Origin: an uncultured Actinomycetota bacterium
GTDB lineage: Bacteria; Actinomycetota; Acidimicrobiia; Spongiisociales; UBA4744
DNA length: 64,000 bases
Reading direction: 5' to 3'
Assembly: GCA_963718995.1 (NCBI GenBank)
Contig: CAVRAP010000006.1
Span: 5,795-69,794 of the forward strand
This document shows, piece by piece, positions 8,955 through 16,123 of the stretch. Made by a program: the position numbers and the translations under genes. Below the pieces are notes generated by a model. That model was not told the DNA's origin. It did not search any database and worked only from the letters and a program-made list of their open reading frames with translations. How positions within the stretch are numbered: the first letter of the stretch is position 1; every line of letters begins with the position of its first letter.

Positions 8955-9644
8955 ATGCGAACGGCGCTGGGGATGATCGTCGCCGGGTTGCTGATGGTGC
9001 TGATGGCTCCGATGGCGACCGCCCAGGAGGATCTGGGTGAAGACGTCTACGGACGCAACTGCGTGGGCTGCCATCAACCTGATGGGAGCGGCATAGCCGG
9101 GAACTTCCCGCCCCTGGCCGGCAACGCCAACGTTCAAGACGCTACTTATGTCGAAGAAGTCATTCGCAACGGCAAGCAAGGTGAGCTGGTGGTAGACGGC
9201 GTCACCTATGACGGGGTGATGCCGGCTTTTGGTCAGCTCTCCGATGAGGAGATCACCGCCGTCATCGACTACGTACAAAACCGGCTGGGTGTCTCGGGTG
9301 GCGGCGACGCCGGTACTCCCGCTGAGGAGGGTACGACCTTTCCCTGGAACCTCGTCATGCTTGGTTCGGCCCAGACCATCCTTGTCGTCGGTGCGGTGTT
9401 CCTCCTGACCTCACCCCGCAAGAAGAAGGAGCTGACCTGGTGGAACGCCTACGGCCGGGCTGTCTTGATCTTCTTGTTCTTTGCGCTGGCCACTACGTGG
9501 CTTCCCTCCTGGACGATGACCCAGGAGATCATCGCCGGAGCGCCGCGGCTCGTCGGTGATCTGATCGGATCCGGCTTGTGGATGGTGATGCTGGCGGCCG
9601 GTATCGGCGGCCTGATCTGGCTGCAGAGGACGGAACGGATCTGA
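8955..9644 (+). CDS. membrane-anchored mono-haem cytochrome c
   Basis: Signal peptide, 'CVGCHQPDG' haem site, 'GVMPAF' Met-ligand region and two C-terminal TM helices. Stop overlaps the next start (TGATG at 9642-9646). ORF list starts at TTG 8928. Confidence 0.8.
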   Translation: MRTALGMIVAGLLMVLMAPMATAQEDLGEDVYGRNCVGCHQPDGSGIAGNFPPLAGNANVQDATYVEEVIRNGKQGELVVDGVTYDGVMPAFGQLSDEEITAVIDYVQNRLGVSGGGDAGTPAEEGTTFPWNLVMLGSAQTILVVGAVFLLTSPRKKKELTWWNAYGRAVLIFLFFALATTWLPSWTMTQEIIAGAPRLVGDLIGSGLWMVMLAAGIGGLIWLQRTERI

Positions 9645-11445
9645 TGGCAGGCGATCTCGTGTTCCGCCAGGAGCTGCAGTTCTACGACGAAAATATTCCC
9701 TGCCTGGCCGCTTGTCCGGTCCATACCAACGCCGGGATGTACGTGGCCGCCATCGCCGACGGGAAGGATGAGCTGGCCTATTTGACGGCCCGGTTGCCGA
9801 ATCCGTTCGCTTCGGTATGCGGACGGGTCTGCGCAGCACCTTGTGAAGATGCCTGCCGGCGCGGCGAGATTGACCGCCCCATCGCCATCCGGGCTCTCAA
9901 ACGCTTCGTCACCGAGCAGTTTGGGCCGGAGACCGAGGGCAGCGACGTTTGGAAACAGGTGGCGGCACCGCCCGAGGTCGAGCGACCGGAAAGTGTCGGG
10001 ATCGTCGGGGGTGGTCCGGCCGGGCTGGCGGCCGCGCACGACCTGCGCCGTCTCGGCTATCAGGTAACCGTGTACGAAGCCACCCGGCAGCTGGGCGGGA
10101 TGATGTTGCTCGGCATTCCCGAGTACCGGCTCGATCGGACCCTGCTGGCCAACGAGATCAAGGTCATCGTGGATCTGGGTGTTGACGTGCACCTCAATAC
10201 CAAGCTCGGGTCGGACGTCATCGTTGGACTGAATTGCGGGAGAAGCACGACGCCCTGTTCGTGGCGATCGGCGCCAACCTCGGTCGCGGTCTCGACATCG
10301 AAGGCCATGAAGCCGATGGAGTGCTGCGGGCCATCGAGTTTCTCATCAACGCCAATCAAGGATTCCAGGTCGACGTCGGAGAACGGGTGGTCGTGATCGG
10401 AGGCGGAGACGTCGCTATGGACGCAGCCCGTACCGCCTTGCGCGCCGCCGAGTACGAAGAGATAGCTCTGGGCGGCTACGTGGAGGCGGAGGAACGGGCC
10501 CACATGACCGAAGCGATGGACGTGGCCCGCACCGCCGCCCGGTCCGGCGCCCAGCACATCACGGTCATGACACTCGAGTCCCGGGAGGAAATGCCCGCCT
10601 CTGAGTTCGAGGTCGAGGAAGCGATGCACGAGGGGATCGAGTTCTTCAACCGCCGCGGTCCGGCCAGGATCGTCACGGAGAATGGCAAGGTGACCGGACT
10701 CGAGACCATCAAGGTGCTGTCGGTTTTCGACGACGAAGGGCGGTTCAGCCCCACGTTCGATCAAGACGATCGGGCAACCGTCGACGCCGACACGATCATT
10801 CTGGCCATCGGCCAGGCCATCGACGTCGAAGCCCTCGGCGACAACGGACCGGAGATAAGCCCGCGCAAAACCATCCAGGTTGGTGCCGACAGCCTGGCCA
10901 CCTCGCTGCCGATGGTGTGGTCGGGCGGCGACGCCGCTCGCGGTCCCCGCACCCTCATCGACGCCATTGCCGATGGACGCAAGGCCGCCGCCGAGATCCA
11001 TCAGGCATTTGGTGGTGCGGTTGAGGAGCGGCAACCGGGCACCATGGTGCAACTCCAGCAGTTCCACCGCCTCGACGACATCTACGACAGGATCGGACGG
11101 GTGGACGTGCCGACGCTGCCGACCGATCGTCGGATCGGTCTGGCCGAGGTCGAGACCGGTTTCACCCCGGACCAGGCGCGCTGCGAAGCCAAACGGTGTC
11201 TGCGTTGTTTCGCCAACATCCTGCTGGACACCTCGATATGTGTGCTGTGCGCTCTGTGTGCCGATGTTTGCCCCCTGGACCTGATCGACCTGGTTCCCTC
11301 CGATGAAGTGGCGCCGGGTCTCCCGATCGGGACCGCTTTGACGCTGGATGAAACAAGCTGTATTCGTTGTGCGCTCTGTATCGAGCGCTGTCCCACCGAC
11401 GCCCTGTCGATGGGGCTCTGGACAGGAGTAGGAGTGCCTGTATGA
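9644..11445 (+). CDS. GltD-like NAD(P)H-dependent FAD/Fe-S oxidoreductase with C-terminal 2x[4Fe-4S] ferredoxin domain (apparent -1/+1 frameshift near 10230)
   Basis: N-terminal GltD-type cysteines 'CLAACPVH...CGRVCAAPCEDAC', FAD site 'IVGGGPAGLAAA', NAD(P) site 'VVVIGGGDVAMDAA' and C-terminal 'CLRCFANILLDTSICVLCALCADVCP...CIRCALCIERCP'. The two ORFs 9578..10396 and 10234..11445 join as '...SDVIVGLN/ELREKHDALFVAIGA'. Confidence 0.7.
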
Positions 11446-12173
11446 AGGTCATGGATCGAGTGAGGGAGACCACGGTCGGCCGGTCGATCTGGCGGGCTCC
11501 CGACCGGGCAACGGAACGAGACCGGGCCGCCGGGCACTGGGCCAACTTCTTCCTGCACATCTACCCGGTGAAGATGCGCCGCAAGGAAATGACCTTCCGT
11601 TACACCTGGTTCCTCGGGGTGGCATCGGTCGTGTTGTTCGGATCGCTGGTCGTGTCCGGGATCTACTTGATGTTCTTCTATGTGCCGTCCCCGGCCTCTG
11701 CCTACGGCAATATCCAGAACCTCCAAACCCAGGTGGCCTTCGGGCAATACATGCGCAACGTGCACCGCTGGTCGGCCCATCTCATGGTGCTCGTGGTGGC
11801 CGCCCACATGGCGAGAGTCTTCTATCGCGGTTCCTATAAGGCGCCGAAAGAGTTCAACTGGGTGATCGGGGTCATTCTGCTCGTGCTCACGCTGCTGCTG
11901 TCGTTCACCGGCTATCTGCTCCCGTGGGATCAGCTGGCCTACTGGGCCGTAACCGTCGGAGCGGCGATGGCCGGCTTCGTGCCGCTGCTCGGAGAGACCA
12001 TCAAAGGCATCCTGATCGGCGGCGATACCGTCGGGTCGGCCACGCTGCTGCGGTTCTACGTTCTGCATGTGGCCGTCCTGCCGGTGGCGGTGGTCGTCCT
12101 GCTGACGATCCATTTGTGGCGCTGGAGAAAAGACGCCATGCTCGACACCAGGGAAGGAGGCGATGATGAGTAG
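11442..12173 (+). CDS. cytochrome b6-type (N-terminal di-haem half of cytochrome b)
   Basis: Four TM helices with His pairs 14 residues apart (HRWSAHLMVLVVAAH) and 15 apart (HVAVLPVAVVVLLTIH). ATGA overlap with the upstream gene at 11442-11445. Confidence 0.85.
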   Translation: MKVMDRVRETTVGRSIWRAPDRATERDRAAGHWANFFLHIYPVKMRRKEMTFRYTWFLGVASVVLFGSLVVSGIYLMFFYVPSPASAYGNIQNLQTQVAFGQYMRNVHRWSAHLMVLVVAAHMARVFYRGSYKAPKEFNWVIGVILLVLTLLLSFTGYLLPWDQLAYWAVTVGAAMAGFVPLLGETIKGILIGGDTVGSATLLRFYVLHVAVLPVAVVVLLTIHLWRWRKDAMLDTREGGDDE

Positions 12174-12687
12174 TCAAGAACCCGTCATCGTCGACGGGAA
12201 GCGGGTGCTTGGTGTGGTCCCCGGGAAACCCCCGGGTGGCGAGCGCAAGGTTCTCGATGAGCAAGAACCGGTGATGGTGTGGCCCCACCTCCTGATTCGC
12301 CACGGGGTGGCCGCGTTGGTCGTGATGGTCACCGTGCTCTTGCTGGCGTTGTTCTTCAACGCCCCTCTGCGCGAAATTGCCAACCCGTTGGTTACTCCCA
12401 ACCCGGAGAAGGCCCCGTGGTACTTCGCAGCGTTGCAGGAGTTGTTGAGTCATTTCCATCCGATGGTGGCCGGCGTACTCGTACCCGGCGCCATCATCAT
12501 CGGCCTCGCTGCCCTGCCCTACATGGACAGGAACCCGCAGTTGTCGCTGCGGTTCCGCAAGGTGGCGGTGGCGACCTTCACGGTGTTCATGGTGGTGTGG
12601 ATCATCCTGACGTTGATCGGCTTCATGTTTCGCGGTCCCAATTGGGGCTGGGTGTGGCCCTGGCAAGAGTGGTACGGAGAGCTATGA
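12163..12687 (+). CDS. cytochrome b C-terminal half / b6f subunit IV-like protein
   Basis: Three TM helices and a PEWY-box variant 'EKAPWYFAALQELL'. 11-nt overlap with the b6 gene. Confidence 0.75.
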   Translation: MMSSQEPVIVDGKRVLGVVPGKPPGGERKVLDEQEPVMVWPHLLIRHGVAALVVMVTVLLLALFFNAPLREIANPLVTPNPEKAPWYFAALQELLSHFHPMVAGVLVPGAIIIGLAALPYMDRNPQLSLRFRKVAVATFTVFMVVWIILTLIGFMFRGPNWGWVWPWQEWYGEL

Positions 12688-13190
12688 GCGAAGAAATCGA
12701 ACGCAGAGAGTTTCTGAAACGAGGCTGGATGACCGGCGCCGGTTTGATCGGCGTGGCCGGAGCATGGACCACGTGGGATATCTTGCAGCCTGGTGAGACC
12801 GCTGGTTTCGGCGGAGAAGTACGCACCATTGCTGCAGACGCCGTTCCCGAAACCGACGTGGTGGCGGTGCCTGCCGCCCGGGCCTACCTGACCAAGGTGG
12901 AGGGGGAGGTCGTCGCCATCTCGGAGACCTGTCCCCATCTCGGCTGTCGGGTGCCATGGTGTGAGTCCTCGGGCCAGTTCGAATGTCCCTGTCACGGGTC
13001 GATCTTCAACCGCAAGGGAGAAGCCCGGGAAGGGCCAACCCCTCGCTCCATGAGCCAGTATCCGGTCGAGATCATCGACGGTCTGGTCATCGTCAACACC
13101 GGGGCTCCGATCGAGGGCGAGCCGATCGGCACCCCGGAAACCATCGACGAGCCCGTCCGGGGCCCGTCGTGTGAGGAGGGAAGCCACTGA
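12684..13190 (+). CDS. Rieske [2Fe-2S] protein with twin-arginine signal
   Basis: 'RREFLKRG' TAT motif and Rieske boxes 'CPHLGC' and 'CPCHGS'. ATGA overlap at 12684-12687. ORF 12279..13190 trimmed to this ATG. Confidence 0.85.
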   Translation: MSEEIERREFLKRGWMTGAGLIGVAGAWTTWDILQPGETAGFGGEVRTIAADAVPETDVVAVPAARAYLTKVEGEVVAISETCPHLGCRVPWCESSGQFECPCHGSIFNRKGEAREGPTPRSMSQYPVEIIDGLVIVNTGAPIEGEPIGTPETIDEPVRGPSCEEGSH

Positions 13191-13651
13191 TGCCCGAACG
13201 GCCCCCGGATCCCGCCCTGGAGGAATCGACTAACAAGTGGATGCAGTGGGGTCTGGTGCTGATGGTCATCATGGTGCTGGCGTTCCCCATCTACCGGATC
13301 ATCGAGCCGGACCGCCGCGCCGATGCCGCCGAGGGTCGGGTGACCGAACTGGCCGCCCAGGGTGATGAGTTGTTTGCTCTCACCTGTTCGGGTTGCCACG
13401 GCCAGGAAGGTCGCGGCGGCGCCACCGCTCCGACCCTCAACGCCAAGGAATTCCTCCAGGCGGCGGTTGACCTGCAGATCGAGTCGCTGATCGCCACCGG
13501 CGTCCCCGGTTCGCAGATGAGCCCTTACTCGTTGGACTTCGGCGGTCCGTTCACCCAGGAACAGATCGTCGCCCTCACCACGTACCTGCGGTCACTCGAA
13601 CCCGACGCCCCGAGCGTGCCCGACTGGAGAGACGGCGTCCCGGCCGGCTAG
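13190..13651 (+). CDS. membrane-anchored mono-haem cytochrome c
   Basis: N-terminal TM helix, 'CSGCHGQEG' haem motif and 'GSQMSPY' Met ligand. TGATG overlap at 13188-13192. Confidence 0.8.
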   Translation: MPERPPDPALEESTNKWMQWGLVLMVIMVLAFPIYRIIEPDRRADAAEGRVTELAAQGDELFALTCSGCHGQEGRGGATAPTLNAKEFLQAAVDLQIESLIATGVPGSQMSPYSLDFGGPFTQEQIVALTTYLRSLEPDAPSVPDWRDGVPAG

Positions 13652-13768
13652 AAGGGGTAGGGCGCTGCGGGAGGAGAGGGAGCGAATACCGCGGGCCGGT
13701 CGGCGGTGGTAGTAACTCTCGATGTTTGCCCGGTCCGGCAGTCGTCGGCGGGCATGGCCAGAAAGTTC

Positions 13769-14077
13769 CTAGACCGGGGAGTCCTCGTAGTGCATGGCCA
13801 TGACCTGGCGGAGCAGGTCGACGGCTTCCACGATCTTCATCGTGGTCAATGAATAGAAGACGAACTGGCCGTCCTTGCGGGCTTTGACCAAACCCCGTTC
13901 TCGCATGATCGCCAGGTGCTGAGAGACATTGGCCTGAGGAAGGTCGAGCTCCTCACAGATCTCACCGACCGACATCTCGCCGTTACGAAGCACATTGATG
14001 ATCAGAAGGCGTTTTGGATCGGCGAGTCCCTTGCAGACGCTGGCGTGCAGTTGGTTGAGTTCGTGGGCAATCGACAT
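13769..14077 (-). CDS. ArsR/SmtB-family transcriptional regulator
   Basis: 102-aa winged HTH: 'LADPKRLLIINVL...MSVGEICEELDLPQANVSQHLAIMRERGLV'. Confidence 0.8.
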   Translation of the reverse strand: MSIAHELNQLHASVCKGLADPKRLLIINVLRNGEMSVGEICEELDLPQANVSQHLAIMRERGLVKARKDGQFVFYSLTTMKIVEAVDLLRQVMAMHYEDSPV

Positions 14078-14244
14078 TGCTGGTCACTATGCCACAAGCC
14101 AGAAGGAAAACAAAGATGTATTCATCTCGTGGCATATGTTGCTTTGGCCGGGGTCTGGGAAACGGCTGGGGAGGACGGAATACTGTTTGTCCTATCTCCG
14201 TAGTGCTAATAGCCTGCAGCAACACTGTCTGTTCAGGTGAGGTC

Positions 14245-15087
14245 ATGGCTGCATTTCTGGTGATGTTGCGCGAGGGCGTCGAGGCGGCGTTGATCGTCGG
14301 GATTCTGCTCGCCTACGTCAATCGCGTGGGGCGGCGGCGGGAATGGCAGTGGGTGTGGGCAGGAACGATCTCCGCGTCCGTGCTCTCGGTGATTGCCGGC
14401 ATTGTGATCTTCTCAACGATTGGTGCACTCGACGATCGCGCCGAGGAGATAGCCGAAGGCATCGTGGCCTGGGTAGCGGCAGGTCTCCTGACCTGGATGA
14501 TCTTCTGGATGGGTTCTCAAGCCCGGCACATTCGGGGGAGACTCGAAGGTGAGGTCGACACCGCGATCGCTTCGGGCGGAGGAGGAGCGCTGGCTGCCAT
14601 TGCCTTCTTCGCCGTCCTCCGTGAGGGACTGGAGTCGGCGTTGTTCTTGATATCGACCACGGTCGGTACGGAAGCCGACGGGCTGCAACTTCTCGGCGGG
14701 ATGCTCGGCTTGGCAGCTGCGGTGGTGATTGGCTACCTCATCTATCGCGGTGGCACCAGGATCGACATACGCGCCTTCTTCCGGGTTACCGGAGTGCTCA
14801 TTATCCTGTTCGCAGCCGGTCTCGTCGCCAAAGGCATTCATGAATTCCAGGTTGTTGGCCTCCTCCCCACGGTGGTCGACCCTCTATGGAGCCTGGACAT
14901 CCTCGATCCCGACTCGAATCTGGCCGGCCAGTTCGCCAAGTCCCTGTTCGGCTGGCGTCCGGACCCGTCTCTGTTGATGGTGGTCGGATACCTTGCCTAC
15001 CTGATTCCGATCGGGGGAGCCTTCCTGTCGATGACTCGAAAGACCGCCCCCAAACCCGCCTCCACCTCCGGGGTTACCCCCGCCTAG
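14245..15087 (+). CDS. FTR1/EfeU-family high-affinity iron permease
   Basis: Two RExxE motifs ('LREGVEAALIVGILLAY' and 'LREGLESALFLISTT') in a 7-TM protein. Trimmed from ORF 14077..15087 to the ATG at 14245. Confidence 0.75.
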   Translation: MAAFLVMLREGVEAALIVGILLAYVNRVGRRREWQWVWAGTISASVLSVIAGIVIFSTIGALDDRAEEIAEGIVAWVAAGLLTWMIFWMGSQARHIRGRLEGEVDTAIASGGGGALAAIAFFAVLREGLESALFLISTTVGTEADGLQLLGGMLGLAAAVVIGYLIYRGGTRIDIRAFFRVTGVLIILFAAGLVAKGIHEFQVVGLLPTVVDPLWSLDILDPDSNLAGQFAKSLFGWRPDPSLLMVVGYLAYLIPIGGAFLSMTRKTAPKPASTSGVTPA

Positions 15088-15127
15088 CCCCCGCTCAACT
15101 GCCGGCAGCCGGGTACTGAGTACGGCT

Positions 15128-15916
15128 TCACCTTTTCCTCGCCACCCACACGGACCAGGTCAGGTGCCGGCGGTCCCGCTCGAAATCCTCCATCCACGAG
15201 GCTGCCAGGTGCCGGTAGTCGGCGTCAGGGTGCTCGCGCGCGTACGCATCTGCTGAGGCTACGACCGTTCGGTGATAGCCCTCCCAGGCCTCGTCGGGAG
15301 CGACCACCTCGGTGATCACTTCCAGATCGAGCCGGGTCAGGATCGCGTTCTGTTCCCCCCTGGTCAGCGTTGCCGCTTCGGGGGCGCCGGCCTCCTGGAG
15401 GCCCGGGCGAGCGGCTGCGGTGCGAAGCCGCAAGTCTCCGATGGCTAGCCGTCCACCCGGCCGAAGGCGAGCCGCCAGTGCCCGGGTGGTCCCGGCAAAG
15501 CCGTGCCAGATCCACGAGCCGCCCAGGCAGGTGGCTATGTCCCAACGTGGTTGGCGCGGGACCGATCGGCCGTCGCCCAGCCACCACTCCAGGGTTCCCG
15601 CCGGTTCGGCATTCAAGGCTCTTTCCCTGGCTCGTAGGAGGACCCAGGGCGAGAGGTCGACGCCTACGCCGGAGACCGGAGTCCGGCGAGCCATGTCGAG
15701 CAGGAGGTCGCCATGACCGCAGGCGATATCGACCGCATGCGAGCGATCTGTCGGGCCGAGGCCGTCGAGAACCGCCGACAATTCCGTGCGCCGCATCGGA
15801 TTGCAGATCTCGTGAAGATGGTGGAGCGCCTCAAACGGATAGAAACGTTCCCAGGCCCCCTCCACATCGGTAGCGGGGAGCACGAGAATGTCCGATGGCA
15901 GGGGAGGGTGGTCCAT
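15128..15916 (-). CDS. class I SAM-dependent methyltransferase
   Basis: Motif I 'VDIACGHGDLLLDMA' and post-I acidic 'GVDLS'. Confidence 0.7.
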   Translation of the reverse strand: MDHPPLPSDILVLPATDVEGAWERFYPFEALHHLHEICNPMRRTELSAVLDGLGPTDRSHAVDIACGHGDLLLDMARRTPVSGVGVDLSPWVLLRARERALNAEPAGTLEWWLGDGRSVPRQPRWDIATCLGGSWIWHGFAGTTRALAARLRPGGRLAIGDLRLRTAAARPGLQEAGAPEAATLTRGEQNAILTRLDLEVITEVVAPDEAWEGYHRTVVASADAYAREHPDADYRHLAASWMEDFERDRRHLTWSVWVARKR

Positions 15917-15937
15917 GGGTCCAGGGTAGAGGTGACC

Positions 15938-16123
15938 GGTTTCCAGTTTCCAGTTTCCAGTTCGTCCAGTAACCAGTTTCCAGTTATCAGTTATCAGTTA
16001 TCGGGTATCGGTATCAGAGAGTGGTATGCCGTTCGCTGGCTACTGGCTACTGGCTACCGGCTACTGGCTACTGGCTACTGGCTGACTGGCTGCTGGCTGC
16101 TGGCTACTGGCTACTGGCTACTG
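15938..16123. repeat. CAGT-core heptanucleotide tandem repeat array, inverted two-arm organisation
   Basis: Left arm (ccagttt)x3 then (tcagtta)x3 on the top strand. Right arm (ctggcta/ctggctg)x~12, which is (ccagtag)n on the bottom strand. Runs up to the stop codon of the MmpL gene. Confidence 0.9.

Noticed and set aside
9578-9643. Upstream start (9578) for the GltD-like flavoprotein and 12279 start for the Rieske gene
   Set aside because: These N-terminal extensions overlap the preceding genes in another frame and are Arg/Pro-rich. The ATG codons at 9644 and 12684 give canonical stop-start overlaps and proper N-termini (a TAT motif for Rieske).
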